64,000 bases of DNA, taken from assembly GCA_030390025.1 (NCBI GenBank), contig CM059432.1:138138001-138202000 (forward strand), given 5' to 3'. The notes beneath the pieces were generated by a model. It saw only the letters and a list, made by a program, of their open reading frames with translations, did no database searches and was not told the DNA's origin. This document shows positions 1 to 12,924 of this stretch, piece after piece. Made by a program: the position numbers and the translations under genes. The stretch's first letter is position 1; every line of letters begins with the position of its first letter. Origin of the DNA: Squalus acanthias. Taxonomy: Eukaryota.

Positions 1-284
1 CTCTCCTCTTTCGCCGGCACCACGCTCCCCAGTGGTCCAGCAGGGCCCCCGGTGCGCGCTGCGCTAGGCCCCCCCCCCCTTTAATCAGGGAAGGGAGGCC
101 TGCAGTACCGCGGCGCTACGTGCCGGCTCGTGTGTGGCGCTCCTGCACGTAGCGCCGCGATATTCAATGGGAGCGTCCCAAGAGAGAGGGGGAGGGTTTC
201 CAGTAGCGCCCCGCCTCCTGCTTGGGGCGCTACCATTGAATTTCGGCCGCGGGGGCGCTAACGTTTTCGGGGCGCTAAAAAAAG
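1..284. mobile_element. End of a GC-rich non-autonomous DNA element with repeated GGGGCGCTA/TAGCGCC motifs (MITE-like)
   Basis: Many gcgcta/tagcgc repeats, then an abrupt junction into CR1 sequence at about 285. Confidence 0.45.
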
Positions 285-580
285 TAACCTTTAATACCCT
301 TGCCTAACAAAAATCTATCAATCTCAGTTTTGAAATTTTCAATTGACCCCCAGCCTCAACTGTTTTTTGGGGGAGAGAGTTCCAGATTTCCACTACCCAT
401 TGTGTGAAGAAGTGTTTCTGACATCACCAGCGAATGGCCAAGCTCTAATTTTAAAGTTATGCCCCCTTGTTCTGGACTCCCCCCACCAGAGGAAATAGTT
501 TCTCTCTATCTACCCCATCAACTCCTTTAATTATCTTATACACCTCAATTAGATCACCCCTTAATCTTCTATACTCAAGT
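285..580 (-). mobile_element. CR1 LINE 3' fragment
   Basis: Reverse complement of the CR1 ORF2 C-terminus seen in many other copies in this window. Confidence 0.8.
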
Positions 581-1159
581 TAAACATTTTAACAATTTCA
601 AACGCCGAGGTTTAAATGCTCCTAGAGTGTCTGGACATGATGCTGGAGCCGTCATGGGGCAGGCTTGATGGACGAGATGGTCTTTTCCTGCCCATCAATT
701 TCAGCTGTTCGTGTCTCATGCTGACAGCAGCAGAATTGCCCCGGTCGGCCTCATGTAAATGTTTTCCGACTGCTCATGGTGCTTATTCCCACCTGCGGTT
801 GGGATCTCGGCACAGAAATGCGGTGGGTTTGTGGGGGGTGGAGGGGTTTGAATGCTGCTGCGAGATTGAATTCCTGCAGCAACTTAAAGGGCCAGGCAGC
901 CTCACCCAGCTGGAATCATTTTACTCACCCCGCTACTCTGCCAAAAATTGAAGCAGTTAGGTATTGTTTAGCATCAGTCCCTCACTCCATTATAGTGCCT
1001 GCTTCAGGCCTTTAAAGCTTCCTCCGCGTTTCCCGTTGCCTGGTAACACTGTACACCTGTTGAATGCTGGCGGAAGTAGTATCCAGTGTCACTCAGGCAG
1101 TAATGACGGAGGATGGGACATATAATGCCGCTGTGGCATTACTGCCTTATTTAATTAGA

Positions 1160-1812
1160 CTCATGCAGCACAGTACAAGGCCATTCGGCCCATCGTGCCT
1201 GCACTGGCTCTTTGAAAGAGCTATCCAATTAGTCCCACTCCCCCCTGCTCTTTCCCCATAGCACTGCAAATTTTTCCTTTTCAAGTATTTATTCAAGCCC
1301 GTGTCCTAACTCGCACCAAGTCCCGTTCACCCATCACCCCTGTGCTCGCTGACCTACATTGGCTCCCGGTTAAGCAACGCCTCGATTTTAAAATTCTCAT
1401 CCTTGTTTTCAAATCCTCCATGGCCTCGCCCCCCTCCCTATCTCTGTAATCTCTTCTATTGAATCTGCTTCCACCACCCTTTCAGGCAGCGCATTCCAGA
1501 TCACAACAACTCGCTAAGTAACAAAAACATCCTCCTCATCTCACCCTCTGGTTCTTTTGCCAATTATTTTAAATCTGTGTCCTCTGGTTACCGACCCTTC
1601 CGCCAGTGGAAACAGTTTCTCCTTATTTACTCTATCAAAACTGTTGATATATGGGCAGGCGCAAATTCAGTTATGTAGAGAGATTGGAGAAGCTGGGGTT
1701 GTTCTCTTTAGAAACTGTTTTCAGTGGTAGAAGGGTCGGTAACCAGAGGGCACAGATTTAAGGTAATTGGCAAAAGAACCAGAGACGACATGAGGAAAAA
1801 AATGTTTACGCG
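1160..1812. mobile_element. Mosaic of CR1 3' fragments in both orientations, with an L2 fragment at about 1297-1455
   Basis: CR1 3' UTR motifs. 1297-1455 nearly matches L2 sequence at 3157-3312. Confidence 0.75.
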
Positions 1813-3385
1813 GTGAGTTGTCATGACAGCAGGTGTGAGGAGCTCATGGACTTCTTTGTCTCTAAGATTGAGACCATCCGTTCAGCTGCCTCTGCCACTT
1901 CCCTTCCTTCCCCTAGCCCACAGGGCCAAACTTCCTCGAAGGATCCCCCCTGCCCTAGCCGTGAACTCGCATCTTTCTCCAGTTTCTCTCCGATCTCCCC
2001 TCATAACCTCTCTGCGCTCATCTTGTCCATTAGACCCACTTCCTGCTCCCTCAACCCTATTCCCACCAAACTGCTGACCACCCAACTTCCTTTTCTGGCT
2101 CCCATGTTAGCTGACATTGTTAACGGTTCGCTCTCCTCTGGTACTGTCCCCCTCTCCCTCAAAGCTGCCGTCAGCACCCATCTCCTCAAAAACCCAACCC
2201 TTGACCCCTCCATCCCTGCAAACTACCGCCCCATCTCCAACCTCCCTTTCCTCGCCAAAGTCCTTGAACATGTTGCCGTCTCTCAAATCTGTGTCCATCT
2301 TTCCCGCAACTCCATGTTTGAATCCCTCCAATCAGGTTTCCGCCCCTGCCACAGTACCGAAACGGCTCTCATTAAAGTCACAAATGACATCCTTTGTGAC
2401 AAAGGTAAACTATCCCTCCTCGTCCTTCTTGACTTGTCTGCAGCCATTGACATGGTTGACCACTCCATCCTTCTCCAACACCTCTCCACTGTCATCCAGC
2501 TGGGTGGGGCTGCACACGTTTGGTTCCATTCTTATCTATCTAATCGTAGCCAGAGAATCACCTGCAATGGCTTCTCTTCCCGCTCCTGCATCGTTACCTC
2601 TGGTGTCCCCCAAGGATCTATCCTTGGCCCCCTCCTATTTCTCATCTACATGTTGCCCCTTGGCGACATCATCCGAAAGCACAGCGTCAGTTTCCACATG
2701 TACGACACCCAGCTCTACCTCACTACCTCTTCTCTTGACTCCTCCACTGTCTCTAAATTGTCAGACTCCTTGTACGACATACAGTTCTGGATGAGCAGAA
2801 ATTTCTTCCAATTAAAGACCGACGCCACTGTCTTTGGTCCCCGCCACAAACTCCGTTCCCTAGCCACTGACTCCATTCCTCTCCCTAACATCTGTCTGAG
2901 GCTGAACCAGACTGTTCGCAACCTTGGTGTCATATTTGACTCTGAAATGAGCTTCCGACCACATATCCGCGCCATAACGAAGACCGTCTATTTCCACCTA
3001 CGTAACATCGCCCGACTCCGCCCCTACCTCAGCTCATCCGCTGCTGAAACCCTAATCCATGCCTTTGTTACCTCTAGACTTGACTATTCCAATGCTCTCC
3101 TGGCCGGCCTCCCACGTTCTACCCTACATAAACTTGAGGTCATCCAAAACTCGGCTGCCCGTGTCCTAACTCGCACCAAGTCCCGTTCACTCATCACCCC
3201 TGTGCTCGCTGACCTACATTGGCTCCCGGTTAAGCAGCGCCTCAATTTTAAAATTCTCATCCTTGTTTTCAAATCCCTCCATGGCCTCACCCCTCCCCAT
3301 CTCTGTAATCTCCTCCAGCCTCACAACCCCCCGCCGAGATATCTGCGCTCCTCTAATTCTGGCCTCCTGAGCATCCCTGATTTTA
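1813..3385 (+). mobile_element. L2-clade LINE ORF2 (reverse transcriptase) fragment, degenerate
   Basis: Motifs NYRPISNLPFLAKVLE, QSGFRPCHSTETAL, LLDLSAA, GVPQGSILGPLLF and HAFVTSRLDYSN. The catalytic YADD is reduced to HMY--DTQLY by a small deletion. Confidence 0.92.
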
Positions 3386-3387
3386 TT

Positions 3388-3765
3388 CGCCGTGCATCTT
3401 GTAGATGGTACACACTGCAGCCACGGTATGCCGGTGGTGGAGGGAGTGAATGTTTAAGGTGGTGGATGGGGTGCCAATCAAGCGGGCTGCTTTGTCCTGG
3501 ATGGTGTCGAGCTTCTTGAGTGTTGTTGGAGCTGCATTCATCCAGGCAAGTGGAGAGTATTCCATCACACTCCTTACTTGTGCCTTGTAGATGGTGGAAA
3601 GGCTTTGGGGAGTCAGGAGGTGAGTCAGTCGCCGCAGAATAGCTAGCCTCTGACCTGCTCTTGTTGCCACAGTATTTAAGTGGCTGGTCCAGTTAAGTTT
3701 CTGGTCAATGGTGACCCCCAGGATGTTGATGGTGGAGGATTCGGCGATGCTAATGCCGTTGAGTG
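3388..3765 (-). mobile_element. LINE ORF2 C-terminal fragment of a separate CR1/Jockey-superclade family
   Basis: ORF 3383-3787 encodes ILGVTIDQKLNWTSH...YKAQVRSVMEYSPLAW. The same family's 3' end is at 51965-52360. Confidence 0.8.
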
Positions 3766-5044
3766 TTGCGGCGGGTTTTATAGGCAATTAATATGCAAAT
3801 CCAGCAAGTTTATAAAAATAACGGGGAGGCTGAGGACGAGATACCGTTTGTACGAAGCAAACGGTGGAGTGCCGTAAATCGACCAGCAAGTTCTGGAAAT
3901 TCGTAACTCACAGCGTATCTCTTCATCCCCTGAACTTGCGCATTAATAACGGCGTGCGTCATTAACACAATGTTATTTTTCCAACAAGGTTTGGCTCATT
4001 GAAATCACAATTTCTACCAAAAATTCACCCCCCCAAACATCTGTGTAATCGCACACCCAAATTATATTTTATAAAAGTACTTTTATCTTACATGAAACAT
4101 CGTTCGTTTCACATCAAAACATCTCTGAAGGAGTTTGCACAATGAATTACATGCTGTTGAAGTGCAAATGACCAGTCAGGCTGCAGTCAGTTGGAGAAGG
4201 GCATAATCTTGTACATCTTCGAGCAAGTTCAAAAGTATCTACTAACAAAAAGTGCTGTGTGATATTAAAAAGGTCGCCAAGGACTCGGTGCACTGCATTG
4301 CTTTCTGAGTCCATCACAGTGTCTGCTGCAGGCATTTAAAGTCTCCTCCAGGTTTCCTATCGCCTAGCAACACTGTGCACCTATTGAATGCTGTTGTAAT
4401 TAGCATCCAGCCTCACTGAGGCAATAATGACGGAGAGTGGGGCATATAATGCTCTCTCCCTCCGCCTGAACATAGAATCATACAGCACAGAAGGAGTCCA
4501 TTCGGCCCATTGTGCCGGTGCCCGCTCTTTAAAAGAGCTGTCGAATTAGCCCCACTCCCCCTGCTTCTTTGCCCATCGTTAAGTCCCCCTGGTTTTGCTG
4601 AGCTTGTTCTGAATCACAGTAACAATCTACTGCTATCTGCTTACGCCACACTACATTTCCTGCCTCGCTGTCTTTGATTAAAAGGAATTTAACCTCTTAT
4701 TCATTCTAGAATAAAGAGAGAATGCTGACAGGAGCTTCCAGTCAGGGAAAGCAATATTTGCAAGGCTGCAAGTTAGATGGTACGATTCCCAAAGGCAGCC
4801 ATGCAGTTCATAAACTGCTGCTGTATTAGGATAGTTTGAAATAACAGCTTCGGATGAGACGTTAAACCAACATGACTAAGTTCCGAGGGTTTCTCCTAAA
4901 CCTATTCAGAAGATTGAGACCAGGATTATTTGGAATAAAAATCTGTTGTGTTGAACAGATTTAGAATACTTTTTAATTCCATAATCCTGTATGATTAGTT
5001 GCAGATGAATAAGTTAGATATGTTCTATAAACGGGATTTATCCT

Positions 5045-6085
5045 TGTTTTAATCGCTCCGCTATTGGCGGCCGTGCCTTCAGCTGCCTGGGCCCTAAGCT
5101 CTGGAATTCATAGATACATAGATACATAGAAGATAGGAGCAGGAGTAGGCCATCCGGCCCTTCGAGCCTGCTCCGCCATTTAATGAGATCATGGCTGATC
5201 CTCCAATTCAGTATCCCGTCCCCGCCTTCTCTCCGTAACCCTTAACCCCTTTTGCCTGTAGAAATATATCTAATTCCCTCTTAAATATATTTAATGAGCT
5301 GGCGTACACTGCCCTCTGTGGCAATGAGTTCCACAGGTTCACCACCCTCTGAGTGAAGAAATTCCCCCTCATTTCTGTCCTAAATGGTTTAGCCCTTATC
5401 CTTAAATTATGTCCTCTAGTTCTGTTCTCACCCGCCAAGGGAAACATTCCTTCTGCATCTAGTCTGTCTAGACCTGTCAGAATTTTATACACTTCTATGA
5501 GGTCCCCTCTCAATCTTCTAAACTCCAGTGTGTACATCCCTAAACTACATAGTCTCTCCTCATAGGTCAATCCCGCCATTCCTGGTATCAGTCTGGTGAA
5601 TCGCCGCTGCACCCCCTCCATGGCAAGAACATCTTTCCTCAGATGAGGCGACCAAAACTGTACACAGTACTCGAGGTGTGGTCTCACCAGTGCCCTGTAC
5701 AGCTGCAGCAAGGTATCCCTGTTCCTGTATTCCAACCCTTTTGCTATGAAGGCCAGCATACCGTTTGCCTTCTTGACCGCCTGTTGCACCTGCATGCTCG
5801 CCTTCAGTGACTGGTGTACAAGAACACCCAGGTCTCTCTGTACTTCCCCCTCTCCCAATTTATTGCCATTTAAATAATAATTTGCCCTCCCGTTCCTGCA
5901 CCCAAGGATTCCCTCCTTAAACCTCGCTATCTCTCTTTCCTCCTTGAAGTCGCTCCTTAAAACCTACCTCTTTCAGCAAGCTTTTGGTCACCTCTCCTTA
6001 TGTTGCTCGGACAACACTCCTCCGAAGCATCTTGGGGCATTTTACGACGTTCAAGGCGCTATGTGAATGTGTGTTGTTGTTGTTG
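5045..6085 (+). mobile_element. L2 3' tail split by a CR1 insertion
   Basis: ggcggccgtgccttcagctgcc...ggaattc resumes at about 5906 and ends in a (TTG)n tail. Confidence 0.8.
5110..5905 (-). mobile_element. 5'-truncated CR1 LINE (ORF2 C-terminus, 3' UTR and microsatellite tail)
   Basis: 216-aa ORF containing [15 protein letters not shown] and RGDLIEVYKI; catagata repeats form the tail. Confidence 0.92.
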
Positions 6086-6878
6086 CTTTATTAAACTTAC
6101 CAGGATATGCTGAGTAGTTTCTGTTGCTAGGCAGAAAAATTCTAATAGAAATGCTGAGTAACACACATGAGAATGTGGAGGCGAAAATAATTCATTCCAA
6201 TAATTCTTTGACCTTTATTATTGTTTTATTAGCAAGCAGGAACATCACGAAAATATACGTTGCGAGGTACAAACCTGCCCGCCAGCAGTGCCATTTTGAA
6301 TGAAGCAGTTTTGCGCTTGTTTCTCAGAGCAAGGAGGCAGGAATTTTTCTTTCCTTCTTGAGTTGTCTTTTGTGATGACACTTTCATTCATAGATGTCTG
6401 AAGAGTCTGTGCCTTGAAGGTTCGAGGTCGGAGAGGCAGTGGCGGGGCAGGTAGAAGGCATGGCGGGGGGGTTGGGGGGGGGGCGGGATTTGATCAGCCC
6501 GTGATGTCTCTGCTCACTTTGCATTCGTCTCCAAGGTATTTGTGGCCAGAAGGGATAGTGAAACACTGGTCCTTCTCACTTCCCATTATCCGTACGACTT
6601 ATCTCTGCCAGTTTGATCTGCCTAACATGCCCACTGGACGGGTGATGGACTGAAGAGTGGATCCATCTGGTCTGAAATGCACACACCTGACATGTCTAGA
6701 GTGGGCACATCACAGGGCACGTCTTTTAATTCGACGTAATTCATGCAGCCTCTCAATCCTGTGGTGTGCTCACCCTGACAGAGGTTGCAGTGATGAAGCC
6801 TGACAGTTGTCATCCAAAGGGGCCTGGAGGGTAGCCTCACATAACGACACATACTAATGATGTATCCTCCTGGAATAA

Positions 6879-7121
<243 letters not shown>

Positions 7122-7689
7122 TAAAAAGAACCCTGCCTCTAATTGACAGACATGAGCAAACTCTTCTAGGGTCTGTAATCCTAATTAATTTCTGTAGTTA
7201 AAACCTCCTTATGCGCCGTAAGCAAATGTCATTGTTTCTTGGGCTGTAAAGTAACCTTTTACATATTTATCAGATGTCATTGTCACAGTTCGAATTGGAC
7301 ATGTAAATGAATTCATTTGCCAACAGCACTATGAAAATGAAGAGGAGATAACATCCATTTTAATATATTTCAGCATTCTCACAAAGTTCAGGCTCGTTTA
7401 ATGATACAGCTATTACAGATTGTTCTAACCCACTAATCACTGGCCGTGCTTTACGTTTGTCCAAATACCTTCAACTTGCAGGAGTTACATTTCTATTCAT
7501 AATTATTATTATTTTTAATTTTGTTTTTATTTCTGCCCCCTTCTGAAAATCATGGTGATCTTTTCTGTGCTCTCTGTCTTTCCTCATCAGCCTTCCCTCT
7601 CCATGTCAAAAACTCAAGACTGACTCTGCAGAATTTTTTTTATCACGCTATGCGGACAAGCTCCTTAGAGAATTAACTTTAATTTTTGA

Positions 7690-8153
7690 ATTACAGAAAT
7701 TTCAGCACAGAAGGAGGCCATTCGGCCTGTCGTGCCTGTGCTGGCTCTTTGAAAGAGCAGTCGTGCTCAGTCCCACATCCCCCGCTTTTTGTCCGTAACC
7801 CTGAGAGCTCCTCATCCTCCAGAACCCGTCCAACTCCCTTTTAAAATTATCGATGGAATCAGCTTCCACCACCTTTTCAGGTCGAGCGTTCCAGATCCCC
7901 ACAACGCTCTGAGTGAAAGAAATTCTCCTCATCTCCCCTCTAGATCTTTTGCCAATGATTTGAAATCTGTGACCTCTGGTTATTGACCCACTCGCCAGAG
8001 GGAATAGTTTTTCTCTCTCTACTCTATCAAAACCCCTCATCATCTTGAAAACCTCCATTAGGTCACCTCTTAACCTTCCCTGTTCCAATGAGAACAGTCC
8101 TAACTTTTCCAGCCTCTCCTCATAACTCAAGTCCCTCAACCCTGGTAACATCC
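7690..8153 (-). mobile_element. 5'-truncated CR1 LINE
   Basis: ORF 7702-8151 is CR1 C-terminal; a close relative lies at 61965-62528. Confidence 0.9.
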
Positions 8154-8935
8154 TGCTTATTGTTTTTGTAAAAAAAAAAAAATTGTGCCTGTGCTATTTG
8201 GAATGTCAACAAAATAACAATAGGAGAGATTTGTGGGTCATTGCCCACCAGTTTGCTTATTTTGGAGCCATATCTTGTGCTGCCGTTGCTGCTTGAGCCT
8301 GTGCTAAAGGCAGTTTGGCTGAAGATGGGTAACCGGTTAGTTAAAGGGGAAGGAAAATGAGGAGAATTACTTTCCGTTCTGTATGTAGCAGTGCCCAGCA
8401 GGCAATGTGTTCTTCTGGGACCGGGGAACTCCAGATTAGTCTCCTGGTCCTGGTCTGAATTACAGGCCCCATTAAAACAAATGGAGCTACTCTAGGACTC
8501 AAGGCAGCCTTTCCCCATCACTGATGTCACTGGGGTGACGGTGGAGGGGATGAGATCCAAAATGGCGAGTCTGTGTTGGCCAGCAAATTGACCTCTACTT
8601 AAATAAAGGTCATGTAAGAGAAGGTTGTATGTTCAAGTCCCACTCCAGATACTTGAGCCCAAAATCTAGGCTGATGCTCCCAGTGCAGTACTGAGGGAGT
8701 GCCGCACTGTTGGAGATGCCGTCTTTTGGATGAGACGTTAAACCGAGGCCCCGTCTGCCCTCTCAGGTGGACGTAAAAGATCCCATGGCCACTATTTTGA
8801 AGAAGAGCAGCGGAGTTCCTCCAAGGTGTCCTGGCCAATATTTATCCCTCGGCCCACATCACTAAAAACAGATTAACAACAGAAAGCGCTGGAAAAACTC
8901 AGCAGGCCAGGCAACATCCGTGGAGAGAGAAACAG

Positions 8936-8972
8936 AGTTAACGTTTCAGGTCGAAGACCCTTCGTCAGAACT
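8936..8972 (-). ncRNA. Minimal type I hammerhead ribozyme motif
   Basis: Minus strand reads AGUU-CUGACGA-AGGGUC UUC GACCU-GAAA-CGUU-AACU: conserved core, stem II, self-complementary ACGU stem III and a 4-bp stem I. Confidence 0.7.
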
Positions 8973-8992
8973 GAGAAAAAAGCTTTTTTCCC

Positions 8993-9030
8993 AGTTCTGA
9001 CGAAGGATCTTCGACCTTGAAACGTTAACT
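8993..9030 (+). ncRNA. Minimal type I hammerhead ribozyme motif (mirror copy, imperfect stem II)
   Basis: Plus strand reads AGUU-CUGACGA-AGGAUCUUCGACCUU-GAAA-CGUU-AACU. Confidence 0.6.
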
Positions 9031-9689
9031 CTGTTTCTCTCTCCACGGATGTTGCCTGGCCTGCTGAGCTTTTCCAGCGCTTTCTGTTGTTATTTCAGTT
9101 TTCCAGCATCCGCAGTATTTTGCTATTGTACTAAAAACAGATTATCTGGTCATTATCACATTGCTGTTTATGGGAGCTTGCTGTGCGCAAATTGGCTGCC
9201 GCGTTTCCCACATTACAACAGTGACCACACTTCAGAAAGTACTTCATTGGCTGTAAAGCGTTTCGGGACGTTCTGAGGTCGTGAAAGGCGCTATATAAAT
9301 TTTAAATAAATCTATTATTTTCCAGTTAGAGAGTGTTCTTCCTCTAGACTTGCCTTCCTCTTTTTAAAACCTCTGCCTGTGGTTTATCACTTCATTTTAT
9401 GCGTCTTAGGAACGAGAAAAATAGCATGTTTATCAGTGAAATAATAAAACAGAAATTTTGAACGATGGGAAAACTGTCTCCAAAATATCAAAACTAAATA
9501 AGGACTTCTACAAATTAAAATTTCCATTGCTTTATACTTAATCGCTTAAAAGGCTTTAAGGTTGCTGATCCTCAGTTTATGAAAATATCTGTCTTAAAAA
9601 GCCACCTGTCTAGAGAGGCCATTTGTTTCTAGTGATTAACTGAGTAACTGTGAAACATGTCTATAATATCCGTTGTTGGGGCTCAATTC

Positions 9690-10325
9690 AACTACAACAA
9701 CAACAACTTGCATTTATATAGCACCTTTAAAGTAGTAAAACGTCCCAAGGTGCTTCACAGGAACGATTATCAAACAAAATTTGAGACCGAGCCACAGAAG
9801 AAGAAGGCACAGCCGCCAGTGGTGGAGCAATTAAAATCAGGGATGTGCAAGAATATAAGAACATAAGAAATAGGAGCAGGAGTAGGCCATTTAGCCCTTC
9901 GAGACTGCTCCGCCATTCAGTAAGGTCATGGCTGATCTTCTACCTCAACTCCACTTTCCTGCACTATCCCCATATCCCTTAATATTCAAAAATCTATCGA
10001 TCTCTGAGGCAAGAGGCCAGAATTGGAGGAGCACGGAGATCTCGGAAGGTTGTAAGGCTGGGGGAGGTTACAGAGATAGGGAGGAGCGAGGCCCTGGAGC
10101 GATTTGAAAACAAGGATGAGAATTTTAAATCGAGGCATTGCTGGACCGGGAGCCAATGTAGGTCAGCGAGCACAGAGGGTGATGGGTGAACGGGACTTGG
10201 TACGAGTTAGGAATATGAGCTGCAGAGTTTTGGATGAGCTGAAGTTAATGGAGGGTGGAAGATGGGAGGCCGGCCAGGAGAGCGTTGGAATAGTCAAGTC
10301 TAGAGGTAACAAAGGCATGGATTAG
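9690..10325 (-). mobile_element. L2 3' region with a nested CR1 3' end (about 9855-10005)
   Basis: (CAA)n tail at 9692, followed by the reverse complement of the L2 C-terminus. Confidence 0.8.
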
Positions 10326-10489
10326 GGTAATTTCTTAAGTCCCCTTAAGTCTCAATTGTCTAATTTTGAAATTGATGTTCGGTAATCACTATAGATAGGT
10401 AATCTTAAAAGCGAGCGTCATTTAAAATGACTAATTCAAACTTGAACCCGACCTGAGAGGCCAGCTTAATTTACAGTCCACCAGGAGGG

Positions 10490-11620
10490 GATGCACCGCA
10501 GATTCACCCGAATGATGCCGAAGCTAAAATGGTAAAACAATGAGGACAGGTTGCATAAACTAGGCTTGTATTCCCTTGAGTTTAGAAGGTTAAGGGGTGA
10601 TCTAATTGAGGTGTTTAAGATGATTAAAGGAATTGATAGTTTATTACAAGTATTACAAAGTATTTACAGCACAGAAATAGGCCAGTCGGCCCAACTGGTC
10701 TGTGCTGGTGTTTATGCTCCACACGAGCCTCCTCCCACCCTACTTCATCTCACTCTATCAGCGTATCCGTCTATTCCTTTCTCCCTCATGTGTTTATCTA
10801 GCTTCCCCATAAATGCATTTATGCTATTTCGCCTCAACTACTCCTTGTGGTAGCAAGTTCCACATTCTAACCACTCTCTGGGTAAAGAAGTTTTTCCTGA
10901 ATTCTTTATTGGATTTATTAGTGACGATTTTATATTTATGGCCCCTAGGTCTGGCCTCGTCCATAAGTGGAAACATCTTCTCTACGTCTACCCTATCGAA
11001 CCCTTTCATAATCTTGAAGACTTCTATCAGGTCACCCCTCAGTCTTCTCTTTTCTAGAGAAAAGAGCCCCAGCCTGTTCAATCTTCCTGATAGGTATAAC
11101 ATCTTAGTTCTGGTATCATTCTAGTAAATCTTTTTTGCACCTTCTCCAGTGCCTCTATATCCTTTTTATAATATGGAGACCAGAACTGTGCACAGTACTC
11201 CAAGTTATGGCCTTATTAACCTGCATCGCTACTTTTAGTGATCAGTGTATCTGTACCCCCAGATCCCTCTGTAGAGAGAGAGAAACTATTTCCTCTGGTG
11301 GGGGAATCCAGAACAAGGGGGCACAGCCTTCAAATTAGAGCCAGGCCGTTCAGGGGTGATGTCGGGAAGCACTTCTTCACACAAAGGGTAGTGGAAATCT
11401 GGAACTCTCTTCTCCCAGAAAGCTGTTGCGGGGGTGGGGGGGGGCGGTCAGTTGAAAATTTCAAAACTGAGATTGATAGATTTTAGATTTTTGTTAGGCA
11501 AGGGTATTAAGGGTTATGGAACCAAGGCAGGTAGATGGAGTTAAGATACAGATCAGCCATGATCTAATTGAATGGCGGAATAGACTCGAGGGGCTGAATG
11601 GCCTCCTCCTGTTCCTATGC
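10490..11620. mobile_element. CR1 (+) interrupted by a CR1 (-) at about 10660-11270
   Basis: ORFs 10551, 10824 and 11238 are all CR1 C-terminal pieces. Confidence 0.85.
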
Positions 11621-12924
11621 AAAGATAGTTCCCCTCCCACCCTGATAATCATTGTAAACTGGGTACGACTGCACAGTATATGTATTACTGTAGTCAAAAA
11701 GTAAGACTATATCGGGATGCTTTAGCATTAGCTATTTATGCTTTGGGTATTTTAAAATTCAGCAAATGCAGTCCTTAGTTATAGACAGTCATTAAGAATC
11801 AAGTCGGCTAGTTAAGCCTGCAGTGGATTTAGCTTGTGAAGAAGACATCCGTATATGATATAAGACAGTCAGATAAGTAAGTGCATCATTATAAGTGTGA
11901 ATGATGCATGGGTAAGCCAGAGTGATGTAAAGTGACAGAGGCCAAATGGTAAGTAATGCAAGCAGTGTGCACTCTTACTCAAATGTTTATAATTAATGTT
12001 GTCAGTGATTGCTTTCTTCAGCATAAATGTTCAAATTAAAAAGGGCAGTGGCTCCAGGCAGCTATTAGCACACTCTCCTACTCTAAGTGTTGTATTAAAT
12101 TGCTATTTTCTGGCCACAAGCTAACTGTCTTAGTAGCTGGTATCTTTAGTGATTGTACTGTTAAATTGCCATAATAGCTTAAAAAATGAGACTTTTATTC
12201 TCAGTTGGTAACATAACCTGCTTATTGCTGCATTAGGTGTGTTCTAAAGGAGCATTCCACGATATTATTACATTGCATTTACAGCACAGAAACTGGCCAT
12301 TTGGCCCAATCAGCCTATGCCAGTGTTTATGATCCACACGAGCTTCTTCCCACTCTATTTCCTTCATCTCATCCTATCCTCTATTCCTTTCTCCCTCATG
12401 TACTTACCCAGCTTCCCCTTAAAGGCATCTATACAATTCGCCTCAACCACTCCATGTGGTAGCGAGTTCCACTTTCTAACCGCAGGGTTCTGCAGAGGTC
12501 TTGTCTCAGAGTTCACATCTTAAAATTGTAATCCCTTTTTCTAAAATTATTTCATTACTTCTCCGGGTTATACTTGGAAAAAATGATTAAGTAACATTCC
12601 ATTATGTGTAGCCTAGCCTCTGATCAGAGCTGCCATTTTACCTGTGGCAGAGAGGTGGACGCACATTGAGTGCACATTGTAATGCCAAGCCAGTCACACA
12701 ACATAGAATTACATAGAATTCTTCGAATAAATAACACAAAGAGTTAGACAAGGGCAATGCAGTGGATGTGGTGTACATGGACTTTCAGAAGGCCTTCAGT
12801 AAGGTGCCGTACTAGAGACTCATGGCACAGGTCAGGGAGTGTGGAGTCTTAACATAAAAAGGTGACCCAAGGCACTTCCGAGAGTCATAATCAACAAAAT
12901 ATTCATTCAGCCAAAGAAAAGAAA

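Larger units (their letters stand above)
8876..9129. mobile_element. Palindromic Penelope-like terminal element with a 15-bp TSD
   Basis: Near-perfect inverted arms spanning 8874-9092 centred on aagctt; TSD actaaaaacagatta at 8861-8875 and 9130-9144. Confidence 0.8.
8620..9300 (+). mobile_element. Deu-domain tRNA-derived SINE (SacSINE1-like) interrupted by a palindromic insertion
   Basis: B-box gttcaagtccc, conserved core gatgagacgttaaaccgaggcccc, and L2-like tail gaaaggcgctatataaat. Confidence 0.85.

Noticed and set aside
1813..3519. 568-aa ORF as an active or domesticated reverse transcriptase
   Set aside because: The catalytic YADD is deleted, there is no endonuclease, and the last ~45 residues come from an antisense LINE.
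6464..6487. G/C homopolymer tracts (also near 13520, 16690, 29390, 44530) as G-quadruplex elements
   Set aside because: Scattered, mostly inside repeats, and homopolymer lengths are error-prone; no pattern beyond low complexity.
7591..7676. Strong-looking acceptor giving an alternative last exon AFPLHVKN...LEN*
   Set aside because: No recognisable peptide, no clear donor or poly(A) signal, and it runs into a CR1; unsupported without RNA data.
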